Part shown: piece after piece, positions 38,865 through 49,375 of the stretch
How the letters are laid out: every line of letters begins with the position of its first letter
Numbering within the stretch: position 1 is the stretch's first letter
Assembly (NCBI GenBank): GCA_965208675.1
Contig: OZ242351.1
Location: 4,320,001 to 4,384,000, forward strand
DNA length: 64,000 nucleotides
DNA from: Candidatus Poribacteria bacterium
Lineage (GTDB): Bacteria; Poribacteria; WGA-4E; PCPOR2b
Reading direction: 5' to 3'
Notes under the pieces: generated by a model
What the model was told of the DNA's origin: nothing
The model's database searches: none
The model's input: the letters and a program-made list of their open reading frames with translations, nothing else
Translations under genes and position numbers: made by a program

Positions 38865-39578
38865 TCACCCACTCTTCAACAGCCCCGATAATTCCACAAT
38901 TTTGGATAGTTCGAGGACAGTCTGCGGTGCCGAAATTTCTTCTCCAGCAAGCTGCATAGCAAAAAGGTGGTCGCATAAGCGTTGCAATCCTTCTGGATTA
39001 TCCACGTCATACCACGGCGGCAGCAGTTCCAAGCGCGCATTGACGGCTTTGGTCCTTTCTAGAGTCTGTCGGAAAACTACGTCCGTACTCCATGAAACAT
39101 CCTGAAAGACTTTGGGGATCGCCAACGATGCTCCGTGGGCGGAAAACCCAATCAGGTAGTACCCACCATCCATACTCGGTCCAATAACCACATCGCAGGA
39201 ATCCAACAACTTGAACGCGCGCTCTACATACTGGAGCGGCAACGTTGGACTGTCGGTACCCACCAACAGCAATTTTGAATAGTTTTGACTGGACGCCCAT
39301 TGAACAGCGGAGATTAGGCGTTCGCCAAGATTCGATCCAACTTGGGAGACATAAATTGCCTCTAAGCCAATCAGATTTTTCATAGGAATCAGGCTGTCAG
39401 GCGGAGTGTAGGCGATAACAAGCTGCGCGGCAGCAATTTTGTGGAGCGCATTGCACCAATCGACAAGAAATGCACGGTATAATGATGCTGCTCGTTCTGG
39501 CGGCAGGAAGGGAATCAGACGAGTTTTTACTTCGTTGGGAACTGGATTTTTGGCGAAGACAATTATACAATTTGCCAA
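38865..39578 (-). CDS. DUF2064/TIGR04282-type glycosyltransferase-like protein
   Basis: FAK.P....VKTRL, Q.G.NLGERL, GTDSP.L, GPS.DGGYYLIG, DVD. Confidence 0.82.
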   Translation of the reverse strand: MANCIIVFAKNPVPNEVKTRLIPFLPPERAASLYRAFLVDWCNALHKIAAAQLVIAYTPPDSLIPMKNLIGLEAIYVSQVGSNLGERLISAVQWASSQNYSKLLLVGTDSPTLPLQYVERAFKLLDSCDVVIGPSMDGGYYLIGFSAHGASLAIPKVFQDVSWSTDVVFRQTLERTKAVNARLELLPPWYDVDNPEGLQRLCDHLFAMQLAGEEISAPQTVLELSKIVELSGLLKSG

Positions 39579-39630
39579 AATTCGTCTCTACGCGAGATGG
39601 TTCAAAAGTTAGCGGGTGCAACGAAGTGAA

Positions 39631-40551
39631 TCAGCCGCCCAAAAAAGAAAAAGTGGTTCTCAAAACCATCGCAACGCAGGCTATGATAACAGCGAGCATG
39701 GCGATGCGGCCTCCCTTCAACGCGCCGCCGCGGGAATTAATATGAAATTTTGCCCCGATTCCGGTGACGATGGCGAGCAGAGACAACCCATACCCGACAT
39801 TCCATTGGAGTTGGAAGTTGGCGGCCAACAGAGAAATTAACGCAAAACCCAAGCTGACTTTGGCAAATACGCTGATTCGGACTGCCGACTCCTCCTGACT
39901 GCTCGTATTTGAAGCCGCCGCGGCGTCCGGTTGTTGATTGCGGCGGCGAGGGGGAGGCACTTCGCGATAGGTTGATTCGGCCAGACGGATGAACTCAGCC
40001 ATTAATTTTCGCGCTTTCAGCCACTGAAAAAGTTGGAAATATTCGTGCCGAAGGAGCATTGAGAATTCTTGACGTTGGGCACTGAGATCGATAAACTCGT
40101 CCCATCGGCTCTCCTCTATTACCCCATAGGGTTCTGGACCGACTTGCAACTCGTATCCCCGGCCCGGGTAATGAATAATCCTGCCAATGCCTTCACGTTC
40201 GGCAATGGTAACCTCTTCAAACACGGCTGGTGCGGCTTTTGGCGGCTCGTTCAAAGTCGGAGGGTTAGGATGGTTAAGTGGGGGAACCTTCGCTGTTTCA
40301 CGTTCAGCGTGTTCCTCATTAGCGATTGCCAAGTTGATTTCGCTTACAATTTCTAATGCTTCGACTTGATCACCACGAGAAACGGAAAGTATAATTTGGC
40401 GTTTTCCGTCCGCGTCTCTCTCGCGTGTGGGTCGGCACTGGATGTGCTGATTCTTAAGTGTAGTCTGAACCAAATTGGATTCCCACTCATCGGTCGTGCG
40501 ATAGATTTCGACCCAATCGACTGTACTGAAGAGTGAATCGTCGTGAGGCAC
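39631..40551 (-). CDS. Hypothetical membrane protein
   Basis: GGAG RBS with GTG start; N-terminal DUF2007-like pattern; C-terminal TM hairpin resembling DUF4190. Confidence 0.55.
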   Translation of the reverse strand: MPHDDSLFSTVDWVEIYRTTDEWESNLVQTTLKNQHIQCRPTRERDADGKRQIILSVSRGDQVEALEIVSEINLAIANEEHAERETAKVPPLNHPNPPTLNEPPKAAPAVFEEVTIAEREGIGRIIHYPGRGYELQVGPEPYGVIEESRWDEFIDLSAQRQEFSMLLRHEYFQLFQWLKARKLMAEFIRLAESTYREVPPPRRRNQQPDAAAASNTSSQEESAVRISVFAKVSLGFALISLLAANFQLQWNVGYGLSLLAIVTGIGAKFHINSRGGALKGGRIAMLAVIIACVAMVLRTTFSFLGG

Positions 40552-40759
40552 ACGTTCTCCTTTGCCGATTGCGGTTTAGTCAGCCGCTCCCGGTTTTAAA
40601 CCTGCTAGATTCATCTCGCTGCAAAATCGAACCTAATTCAGATTTTATCACGATTCAAAATTGATGTCAACGGGTGCAATCCTTCTTCCAAGACGGCGTA
40701 TTAAGGCTTCCCAGCACGCCTTTGTGGAAACCGTTGCAGTGCGGCATTCGTATTTATTC

Positions 40760-40788
40760 TTGCATTCACTGGGAAAATAGTGTATAAT
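40760..40788 (+). promoter_or_regulatory. cspA promoter
   Basis: TTGCAT-17 bp-TATAAT. Confidence 0.65.
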
Positions 40789-40961
40789 GTGCGCGCTAAC
40801 TGTTGAATGGTTAAACTTAGCATTGTAAGTAAGTAAGTAGTATGAGGGGCAAAACTGAAGCATCTTCCCCAGATTCGCTGTCTTTTTGTACCTCTATGCT
40901 TCTTCAGCTTCATGCGACATTTGCAGTATAGAATCTTACAGAAGAAAGGAGGTGCAACTCG

Positions 40962-41162
40962 ATGGCAAGAGGTCAAGTGAAATGGTTCAATGACCAAAAA
41001 GGTTATGGATTCATAACCACTGATGAGGGGGAAGATGTGTTTGTGCATTATTCCGCCATTGAAGGATCCGGCTTCAAATCTCTTCAAGAGGGACAAGAGG
41101 TCGAGTTCAAAATTGTAAGCGGCCCCAAGGGCTTTCAGGCAGAAGAAGTGATGAAGGTTTAA
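40962..41162 (+). CDS. cspA: Cold-shock protein
   Basis: [33 protein letters not shown]. Confidence 0.96.
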   Translation: MARGQVKWFNDQKGYGFITTDEGEDVFVHYSAIEGSGFKSLQEGQEVEFKIVSGPKGFQAEEVMKV

Positions 41163-41210
41163 TGTGGTAAAGCACAAAACCTGATTCACGATTCTCAAAA
41201 TTTTGTACCG

Positions 41211-41243
41211 AAAGGCTCCCAAGTTTTTGGGAGCCTTTTTTTT
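41211..41243 (+). terminator. Intrinsic terminator after cspA
   Basis: AAAGGCTCCCAA...TTGGGAGCCTTT plus T-tract. Confidence 0.85.
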
Positions 41244-41436
41244 GATTGCGGGCAAACGACCGTAGCAATCAATGGTTTTTTGGTCGTAGATGTTATCGAG
41301 ATTTGCTATAATGCAGGGCGAGTGGCCTTTACCAAGAGTATCAAGAAATTTTACGCTGATGAGATGTCACTGTATTTTAACGGTGATGCTGCAAGTTTTC
41401 GGTAATAGCAGTAATTAACGCGTTCTAACAGTACAA

Positions 41437-42450
41437 ATGATAAAGATTGATAATTTAGAACTAGGCGATTTTCCGATTCTGTTGGCGCCCATGGAAGATG
41501 TCAGCGATCCGCCTTTTCGCAAGGTTTGCCACGATAACGGCGCGGACCTGATGTTTACGGAATTCATCTCTTCGGAGGGACTCATCAGGAACGCTGCTAA
41601 GAGCGTATCGAAGCTAGATATCTTCGAGTATGAGCGTCCTATCGGCATTCAGATTTTCGGCAGCGAAATTTCATCAATGAGAGAGGCGGTTGGAATTGCC
41701 GAGAAGGCTGATCCCGATCTGATTGACATCAACTACGGCTGCCCTGTGAAAAAGGTGGCGTGCAAGGGGGCGGGCGCCGGGATTTTACTGGATCTTCCGA
41801 AGATGATTAAAATGACGGACGAGATTGTAAAGTCCACGGCATTGCCGGTAACGGTCAAAACCCGGCTTGGTTGGGATGAAAAGACGAAATTCATTGTGGA
41901 TATCGCGGAAAGATTGCAGGATGTAGGGATTCAGGCAATTACTGTTCACGGCAGAACGCGGGTGCAGATGTACAAAGGTGACGCCGACTGGACTTTGATA
42001 GGGGAAATAAAAAATAATCCTCGCATGAAAATTCCCGTTTTTGGAAACGGCGATGTCGACAGCCCCCAAAAGGCGTTTGAATTACGCCAAACGTACGGCG
42101 TGGATGGCATAATGATTGGGCGGGCTGCGATTGGTTATCCGTGGATTTTCAACGAAATCAAACACTACCTTGCCACGGGACAAAAACTGCCTCCGCCAAC
42201 CCTGAAAGAGTGCCTACACGTCATGGAACAACATCTGAATCTCTCCGTCAAATGGAAGGGGATGCGGTTGGGCATCCTAGAGATGAGAAGGCATTATAAG
42301 AACTATCTCAAGGGCATACCGAACATGAAACCTTACCGCTCAAAGCTAGTGACGAGCGATAGTTATGGAGAAATTATCCAAGTTATAGACGATTTACAAG
42401 AACGTACTGGATTGACCGGATACGATCAAATCGAACAACATGGAGGATAA
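41437..42450 (+). CDS. dusB: tRNA-dihydrouridine synthase B
   Basis: LAPME, DINYGCP, VTVKTRLG, VHGRT, GNGD, MIGRA. Confidence 0.92.
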   Translation: MIKIDNLELGDFPILLAPMEDVSDPPFRKVCHDNGADLMFTEFISSEGLIRNAAKSVSKLDIFEYERPIGIQIFGSEISSMREAVGIAEKADPDLIDINYGCPVKKVACKGAGAGILLDLPKMIKMTDEIVKSTALPVTVKTRLGWDEKTKFIVDIAERLQDVGIQAITVHGRTRVQMYKGDADWTLIGEIKNNPRMKIPVFGNGDVDSPQKAFELRQTYGVDGIMIGRAAIGYPWIFNEIKHYLATGQKLPPPTLKECLHVMEQHLNLSVKWKGMRLGILEMRRHYKNYLKGIPNMKPYRSKLVTSDSYGEIIQVIDDLQERTGLTGYDQIEQHGG

Positions 42451-42454
42451 GATT

Positions 42455-43207
42455 ATGAAAATCAGGCCAAACCGGGTGAAGCAGAAACTTGCAGCGGGGG
42501 AACTATCTTACACAATCAGCGGCATCACCCACGCGGACGACATTGACGCATTCGGCCCGAACGGATTTGACGGTGTGTGGCTGGAAGCCGAGCACGGGGC
42601 AGTGGACGCGGCGGATCTCGGCAACCTCACCCGCGCCTGCGACATTTGGAATTTGACTTCGGTGGTTCGCGTCAACCGCAACGACCAGGCACTCATTTAT
42701 CGCACACTCGACCGCGGCGCGCAGGGCATCGTCGTCCCGCACGTGAACACCAAGGAGGAAGCCCAGAACGTCGTCGACGGCGGCAAGTTCGCGCCGATGG
42801 GGCACCGCGGCATGTTCACGAGCCGCCAGGGCTACGCAGTGCCCGATTATTACGATGTCGCGAACGATGAGACGCTGCTAATCGTACTGATTGAGGACAT
42901 TGCTGCTATCGGGAATCTTGATGAAATTCTGAGTGTGGACGGAATTGACGTGTTCATGGTTGCCCCGACAGATTTGGCGGCTTCGATGGGGCATCTCGCG
43001 AATATTCAACACCCGGAAGTTCAAGCTACAATTGATGACGCACTCGCGCGCATTCAGACGGCGGGACGGGTAGCCGGCACGCTTGTCAATAACCGAAACG
43101 TCGCCAAATACGTTCAGGCGGGGGTGCGATTCTTATTGACACAAGTTAAACCGTGGCTTGCTGACGGCGCAGCCGAATTCATGACCAACGCCGAGAACGC
43201 TAGGTGA
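42455..43207 (+). CDS. HpcH/HpaI aldolase family protein
   Basis: WLEAEHG, LDRGAQGIVVP, IEDIAA..NLDEIL.VDGID, PTDL. Confidence 0.88.
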   Translation: MKIRPNRVKQKLAAGELSYTISGITHADDIDAFGPNGFDGVWLEAEHGAVDAADLGNLTRACDIWNLTSVVRVNRNDQALIYRTLDRGAQGIVVPHVNTKEEAQNVVDGGKFAPMGHRGMFTSRQGYAVPDYYDVANDETLLIVLIEDIAAIGNLDEILSVDGIDVFMVAPTDLAASMGHLANIQHPEVQATIDDALARIQTAGRVAGTLVNNRNVAKYVQAGVRFLLTQVKPWLADGAAEFMTNAENAR

Positions 43208-43287
43208 CGCGAGCGAGCGTTCGCCGATGTTTAACCGGTGCGAAATAGTGCATGATTAGATGAAGCTGCGGATTCCTTCAAAAAAAC

Positions 43288-44475
43288 TCACACGACACCT
43301 TGACCCTTCAATCGGGCGACTTCATCGGGGGCCATTCCCAACAATCCGGTTAGAATCTCGCCGGTATGCTCACCGAGATTGGGTGCGGGCGCATCAACAC
43401 TTCCGGGTGTTTCCGATAGCTTAATCGGAACACCCGGAATTCCAACGGCGCCCGTCATTTGGTGTTCGACTTCGACAATCATCTCCCTCGCCAGGACTTG
43501 CGGATCGCTGGCTACCTTGTCCACTGTGTTGACGGGACCGCAGGGCACACCAATCTCTTCAAGCGCAGTCTCCCACTGCTCGGTTGAACGTTGGCGCATA
43601 ATCTCCGCAAGGATTGGGAATAGTTCCTCATGATTCTCGGTGCGCAGCGCATTCGTGCAGAACCTACTGTCGTTGATTAGCTCACGCTGGTTGACATGCT
43701 CGCAAAACTTCTTCCACAGCACATTGTTTCCCATGGCTATGACCACATAGCCGTCTGCGGATTCAAACGCCTCAAACGGCGTTATTGTTGGATGGCGCCT
43801 GCCCAACGGCTGCGGCACCTCGCCGGTAGAGAGGTAGCGCACCATGGCGTTTTCCAGGATTGCTACTTGGCAGTCCAACATACCGACATCAATGAATTGC
43901 CCTTCGCCAGTCTTGTCGCGGTGCCGCAGCGCCGAGAGGATCCCGATCGCCGTAAACAGTGCGGCGGTGATGTCGCTAATCGACGTACCGACGCGAACTG
44001 GCGGACGATCCGGTTCGCCGGTGATGCTAATCATACCGCCCATCCCTTGGATAATCATGTCGTAAGCGCCTCGACCGGCATAGGGTCCAGTCTGGCCAAA
44101 TCCCGAACAGGCTGCATAAAGCAGCGGCGGGTGGTGTTTCTTTAGAGATTCGTAGTCCAAGCCGAGTTTTTTCATGGCGCCCGGTCGAAAATTTTCGAGG
44201 AGTACATCCGACTTTTTCACCAACTCCACGAAGATATCCTTGCCAGGCTGGGATTTGAGGTTCAGTGTCAGGCTTTTTTTGCCCCGGTTTATGCTCATAA
44301 AGTACAGGCTAAAGTCGTTTTTAAATGGGCCGATGCCTCTGGCTTCGTCTCCGACAATAGGCTGCTCAATTTTTATGACTTCGGCGCCGAGATCTCGCAA
44401 GATCATGGCTGCGTAGGGTCCTGCCAAAATGCGGGTGAGATCCAAGACTCGTATGCCTTTTAATGGGCCTTGCAT
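43288..44475 (-). CDS. Family III CoA-transferase (CaiB/BaiF)
   Basis: GIRVLDLT..LAGP, LGAEVIKIE, NRGKKS, ENFRPG, GFGQTGP. Confidence 0.93.
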   Translation of the reverse strand: MQGPLKGIRVLDLTRILAGPYAAMILRDLGAEVIKIEQPIVGDEARGIGPFKNDFSLYFMSINRGKKSLTLNLKSQPGKDIFVELVKKSDVLLENFRPGAMKKLGLDYESLKKHHPPLLYAACSGFGQTGPYAGRGAYDMIIQGMGGMISITGEPDRPPVRVGTSISDITAALFTAIGILSALRHRDKTGEGQFIDVGMLDCQVAILENAMVRYLSTGEVPQPLGRRHPTITPFEAFESADGYVVIAMGNNVLWKKFCEHVNQRELINDSRFCTNALRTENHEELFPILAEIMRQRSTEQWETALEEIGVPCGPVNTVDKVASDPQVLAREMIVEVEHQMTGAVGIPGVPIKLSETPGSVDAPAPNLGEHTGEILTGLLGMAPDEVARLKGQGVV

Positions 44476-44663
44476 GTATTTTCCTTTCTGTCCGTGGTGA
44501 CACGTATTTTAACACGATTCACGTATCTATTTGAATCGAAAACCGATACGGCGGCCTCATGGTAGCGCCGGCAAATTTATGTTGATTTTCCCTCAAACAC
44601 CTGTACAATATAGCGCGTGAAAATTCAGATAAACAGGCGACGCGAGTTTTGGAGGAAGAGATT

Positions 44664-45449
44664 ATGCGACACAACAAATTGCGCGAAATACTGAACACGG
44701 GCCAACCGAGCATTAGCACGCACGTGCACAGCACTTGGCCGAGTGTTGTCGAAGCTATCGGGCATACCGGCATGTACGACTACGTCGAATTCGTCGCGGA
44801 ATATGCGCCTTTCGACCTGTATGCGCTCGACAACTTCTGCCGCGCGGTTGAACTTTTTGACATGTCCGCCATGATTAAAATCGATCAGGAACCTCGAAAC
44901 TTTCTGGCGCAGCGCGCGATCGGATCCGGCTTCCAGAGTGTTTTATTTGCGGATGTCCGGACGGTCGAGGATGCACACGAGTGTGTTCGAGCGGTACGCC
45001 CCGAAACGCCCGAAGCCGGCGGATATCACGGAGTTGCCACGCGGCGCGCCACATATATGGGATATGGCGGCACAAAAGACTATGTAAACGCACTAAATGA
45101 CATCGTAATTGCGTTTATGATAGAAAAAAAGCCTACAATAGATGCCCTAGCGGACATCCTGTCAGTGGATGGCGTAGATATGCTCCAGTGGGGCGGGGCG
45201 GACTTTTCTATGAGTATTGGACGCCCCGGAGAGCGTTACAAACCGGACATCAGAGCCATTGAGCGGACCGTAATAGAAACGGGTCTTAAAATGAACGTTC
45301 CGCCGCGAGCGGAAATTGACAGTGTGGACGACGCAAAATATTACCTAGATTTAGGCGTGCGCCATTTTTCCATAGGTACAGACATTATGGTGCTGCACAG
45401 GTGGATGAAGGAAAACGGGGAGGCGCTGCGTAAAGAGATTTTGGGGTAA
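44664..45449 (+). CDS. HpcH/HpaI aldolase family protein
   Basis: DYVEFVAEY, MIEK..IDALADILSVDGVD, ADFS.S.G.PG. Confidence 0.82.
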   Translation: MRHNKLREILNTGQPSISTHVHSTWPSVVEAIGHTGMYDYVEFVAEYAPFDLYALDNFCRAVELFDMSAMIKIDQEPRNFLAQRAIGSGFQSVLFADVRTVEDAHECVRAVRPETPEAGGYHGVATRRATYMGYGGTKDYVNALNDIVIAFMIEKKPTIDALADILSVDGVDMLQWGGADFSMSIGRPGERYKPDIRAIERTVIETGLKMNVPPRAEIDSVDDAKYYLDLGVRHFSIGTDIMVLHRWMKENGEALRKEILG

Positions 45450-45661
45450 GCAGCGTTGGAACAGTTTTTGCGTTAAAAAACATTGCCATCATGGGCAGAA
45501 TAGGGGTGGGGGTTATGACGTGCGGTGTGGATGCAATACGATTTTGCAAAATATCACAGCACGCGGAGTGTGCCGTTATGAGCGGCGAGACGCCGTGCCT
45601 ACTGCGGAGGCGTGGTGAGATGGCGCGCTTTCGGGGGAGGGAAAATATTACAGTTCGGGCA

Positions 45662-46942
45662 ATGAGAATTTTTGTGTTGGCGGTGATAAGCACCGTGTTG
45701 TTTGGACACGCCGTTGCCGACGACTGGCCGCAGTGGCGAGGCGTTAACCGCGACGGCGTATGGCTGGAAACCGGCATTGTCGAGAAATTCGACGAACTTT
45801 CGATTCGGTGGCGGGCAGAGATTGGCGCCGGATACAGCGGGCCCACCGTCGCCGAGGGACGTGTGTACGTGACCGACCGCATCACGAAACCGCAGCAGAT
45901 GGAGCGCGTCCACTGTTTTGACTGGGAAACCGGAAACGAGATCTGGACTTACGCTTACGTCTGCGAATACCGAAATGTCGGTTACACCGCAGGACCGCGC
46001 GCCAACGTGACTGTGCACGAGGGTCTGGCGTATGCGCTCGGCGCCATGGGGCATCTGCACTGCTTTAACGCGGCGGATGGCGAGGTCGTCTGGAAAAAAG
46101 ACCTCAACGGCGAATACAATATTCGCATGCCGACATGGGGGATTACGAGCGCGCCGATTATCGACAAGGATTTAATCATCGTGCAGATCGGCGGTTCTCC
46201 CGGCGCATGCCTCGTTGCCTTCGACCGCAAAAACGGCGAAGAGCGGTGGACAGCGCTCGACGACCGCGCCTCCTACGCTGCGCCGATTATTATCAGTCAG
46301 TCAGGCGAGCGGGTGCTGGTCTGTTGGACCGGCGACAACGTTGCCGGACTTAACCCGCAAACGGGCGAACTACATTGGAAACACCCGTTTGCACCCGACA
46401 AAAGCGTCATATCCATAGCGACGCCGGTATTTCACGGCGGACGTCTTTTCGTCTCCAACTTTTTCGAAGGTTCGCTCATGCTCAGGGTTCACCCCGACCG
46501 ATTGTCGGTTGAGAAGATTTGGCGGCGAAAAGGCGTTGATGAGAAAAATACCGACAGCCTACACGCCATCATGTCGACGCCGCTTCTGATTGGCGACTAC
46601 ATTTACGGCGTTGACAGCTACGGCGAGCTGCGGTGCCTTGAAGCCGACACGGGCGACCGAATCTGGGAAGATGTCACCGCGGTTCCTAGAGCGCGCTGGG
46701 GTACGATTCACTGTGTACGCAACGGCGATAGGGTCTGGATGTTCAACGAACGCGGCGAATTGCTTGTCACCACGCTGTCTCCGGCGGGGCTTAACATCAT
46801 CAGCCGCGCCAATCTCATCGAGCCGACACGCGGCCAACTCAACAGCCGCGGCGGCGTTTGCTGGTCGCATCCGGCATTCGCGTATAAGCATGTTTTTGCC
46901 CGCAATGACGAGGAACTGGTGTGCGCGACGTTGGCGAAGTAG
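45662..46942 (+). CDS. Secreted PQQ-like beta-propeller repeat protein
   Basis: Signal peptide, DWPQWRG.NRDG, repeated A.D..TG...W, WSHPA. Confidence 0.85.
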   Translation: MRIFVLAVISTVLFGHAVADDWPQWRGVNRDGVWLETGIVEKFDELSIRWRAEIGAGYSGPTVAEGRVYVTDRITKPQQMERVHCFDWETGNEIWTYAYVCEYRNVGYTAGPRANVTVHEGLAYALGAMGHLHCFNAADGEVVWKKDLNGEYNIRMPTWGITSAPIIDKDLIIVQIGGSPGACLVAFDRKNGEERWTALDDRASYAAPIIISQSGERVLVCWTGDNVAGLNPQTGELHWKHPFAPDKSVISIATPVFHGGRLFVSNFFEGSLMLRVHPDRLSVEKIWRRKGVDEKNTDSLHAIMSTPLLIGDYIYGVDSYGELRCLEADTGDRIWEDVTAVPRARWGTIHCVRNGDRVWMFNERGELLVTTLSPAGLNIISRANLIEPTRGQLNSRGGVCWSHPAFAYKHVFARNDEELVCATLAK

Positions 46943-47146
46943 CTGAACGTTGGATGAACGTAGTCGCCGTGCCGTGCGCGCCGCCATGCCCAATCTCTCA
47001 CGCCAATTCGCGTTCTTCTCTCAACCCACGATGCGGACAGACGTTCCGGCGAGACAGATTGCATTGGGATATGCGAAACATTTAACATGATATACTTGAT
47101 GGTTCTGTGTTCGATACTGGTATCGAGCCAACGCGAGGTTATTCCG

Positions 47147-48592
47147 ATGACCAACGATTCCAATCAGGCGCATCTAAAGCGGCAGCAGATGGCTGGCGAC
47201 CCATACCGCCCGCTATATCACTTCCTACCGCCGGCGAACTGGATGAACGACCCGAACGGCGCAATCTTTTGGAAAGGGAAATACCATCTGTTTTACCAAT
47301 ACAACCCCAACGGCGCATTCCACGGCACGATTCACTGGGGGCACACGGTGAGCAAGAATTTGGTGCATTGGACCGATCTGCCAATCGCACTGGCGCCGAC
47401 GCCGGGCGGCGCTGACCGGGAGGGTTGCTATAGCGGAGGCGCAGTCGTTAATGACGGCGTTCCGACGCTAATTTACTTCGGCAATCCTGACGGTAATTGC
47501 ATTGCGACCAGTACAGACGATCTGCTGACATGGCAAAAACCGCCCGAAAATCCGGTTATTCCGCAGTCTGCGCCGGGCGCGGAGTGGCGGGCGTTTGATC
47601 CGTGTGCGTGGCGGGAAGGCGACACCTGGTACTCGCTCGCCGGCGGGCGGCTCGACGACATTGGAGACACGGCGTTTCTATTCCGGTCGCCGGACATGAT
47701 AAATTGGGAATTCTTGCACCCATTTTACGCCAGTGAATTGGACAAGGAATCGGAATCGGATTGTGCCGTCCCCGATTTCTTTCCGCTCGGCGAGAAGCAC
47801 ATGCTGTTGTTCGCCAGCCACGAGCGCGGCGTACAATACTATATCGGCAGATATGCAGATCAGAGGTTTTATCCTGAGCGCCACGGCAGGCTGAATTTCG
47901 GGGAATTCGGCGGCAACAGCGGGCACCTGTGTGCAGGCATCACGTTGAGAGACGGCGGGGGAAGGCGAATTTTCTTCGGCTGGGTTTCAGAGGGCCGCAG
48001 CGAAACGGCGCAGCGCGCCTCCGGTTGGGCGGGGGTGATGTGTATCCCGCGGGTGTTGTCGCTGTTTGACGACGATTCGCTGCGCATCGAGCCTGTGCCG
48101 GAAATAGAAAAGCTGCGCGGCAATCATCACCGGACTACCAGTCTCCGCATTAACGGCGGCCGATCGGTACGGCTAGCCGGTATTTCCGGGGATTGCCTTG
48201 AGCTCGACGTTGAACTGGATCCGGGCGGCGCGGAGGAATTCGGCGTCAAGGTGCGCTGCGCGCCCGACGGCGGCGAACAGACGATAATCGCTTATAACCG
48301 TACGGAGAAACGCCTCATTTTGGATGCGGAGCGATCGAGCGTAAATCCTGACGCGGTTAACCGCGGCGTGCAGCGCACGCCGTTTGCGTTGGATGCGGGC
48401 GAACTGTTGAAGTTGCGAATTTTCGTAGACCGTTCTATCGTTGAGGTCTTCGCCAATAAGCGGGTGTGCCTCACAAAACGGATCTATCCGTCGGGGCAGG
48501 ACAGCGTTGGGGTGGAAGTTTTCGCTCGCGGCGGGGACGCTGTAGTAAAGTCGGTTGATGCTTGGCAGATGGGGGCGATTTGGCCGCAGTGA
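47147..48592 (+). CDS. Glycoside hydrolase family 32 protein with variant catalytic motifs
   Basis: WMNDPNG, YHLFYQYNP, HWGH, YSG, C-terminal DRSIVEVF. Confidence 0.88.
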   Translation: MTNDSNQAHLKRQQMAGDPYRPLYHFLPPANWMNDPNGAIFWKGKYHLFYQYNPNGAFHGTIHWGHTVSKNLVHWTDLPIALAPTPGGADREGCYSGGAVVNDGVPTLIYFGNPDGNCIATSTDDLLTWQKPPENPVIPQSAPGAEWRAFDPCAWREGDTWYSLAGGRLDDIGDTAFLFRSPDMINWEFLHPFYASELDKESESDCAVPDFFPLGEKHMLLFASHERGVQYYIGRYADQRFYPERHGRLNFGEFGGNSGHLCAGITLRDGGGRRIFFGWVSEGRSETAQRASGWAGVMCIPRVLSLFDDDSLRIEPVPEIEKLRGNHHRTTSLRINGGRSVRLAGISGDCLELDVELDPGGAEEFGVKVRCAPDGGEQTIIAYNRTEKRLILDAERSSVNPDAVNRGVQRTPFALDAGELLKLRIFVDRSIVEVFANKRVCLTKRIYPSGQDSVGVEVFARGGDAVVKSVDAWQMGAIWPQ

Positions 48593-48656
48593 GTCGGATG
48601 CGGCGAGTAATCTTTTGATTAAATGATGGGATGTGATTAAGCTCTTGTAGGTTTGG

Positions 48657-48687
48657 GATCAACCGAGTGAATAACGAGGGCGATAGT
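48657..48687 (+). repeat. Family-B modular hairpin repeat (1 unit + tail)
   Basis: GATCAA-CCGAGTGAATAACGAGG-GCGATAGT. Confidence 0.85.
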
Positions 48688-49292
48688 TTTTGTAGGTTGG
48701 GTTAAGCGGTGATGACGAAAGGAAGAACATACTCTGCGTGCGTTTCGAAGTTAGAAAGCGTTTGAAATTTTGATAAGATGTAGCGAACCCAACGCTTTTC
48801 GGTAATTGCGAGGTGTTCAGGTCATTGGGCGACGTTCGGAATTACGAAAAGCGTTGGGTTACGCTCTGTGTATCGGGTTTGTACGCGGTTAGGTTTCCGT
48901 AGCGCTATGTAAAATTGTACGTTATTTGGTAATACCCGCTCAACCCAACCTACAAGAAGCTTTATCGCGGCTGGAAGCCGCTCCCACAGTTTTTGTAGGT
49001 TGGGTTAAGCGGTGGTGACGCAAGGAAGAACATACTCTGCGTGCGTTTCGAAGTTAGAAAGCGTTTGAAATTTTGATAAGATGTAGCGAACCCAACGCTT
49101 TTCGGTAATTGCGAGGTGTTCAGGTCATTGGGCGACGTTCGGAATTACGAAAAGCGTTGGGTTACGCTCTGTGTATCGGGTTTGTACGCGGTTAGGTTTC
49201 CGTAGCGCTATGTAAAATTGTACGTTATTTGGTAATACCCGCTCAACCCAACCTACAAGAAGCTTTATCGCGGCTGAAAGCCGCACCCACAG
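48685..49292. repeat. Tandem duplication, 2 x 303 bp, each a family-A REPIN plus a family-C REP
   Basis: Near-identical copies (4 differences seen); outer IR GTAGGTTGGGTT.AGCGG/CCGCT.AACCCAACCTAC, inner IR AACCCAACGCTTTTCG/CGAAAAGCGTTGGGTT. Confidence 0.92.
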
Positions 49293-49299
49293 GGGCGGG

Positions 49300-49375
49300 T
49301 CGCGATTCGGAGATCGCTCCTACAGGATACAGTGTAGGGTTAAAGAAACGGAGTTTTGAAGAAAAATTCCGTTTC
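49300..49375. repeat. Family-C REP followed by family-D hairpin
   Basis: TCGCGATTCGGAGATCGCTCCTAC then GAAACGGAGTTTT..AAAATTCCGTTTC; same arrangement at 54726-54802. Confidence 0.75.

Noticed and set aside
40701-41255. 184-aa minus-strand ORF
   Set aside because: Antisense to cspA and its promoter and terminator; a common spurious call.
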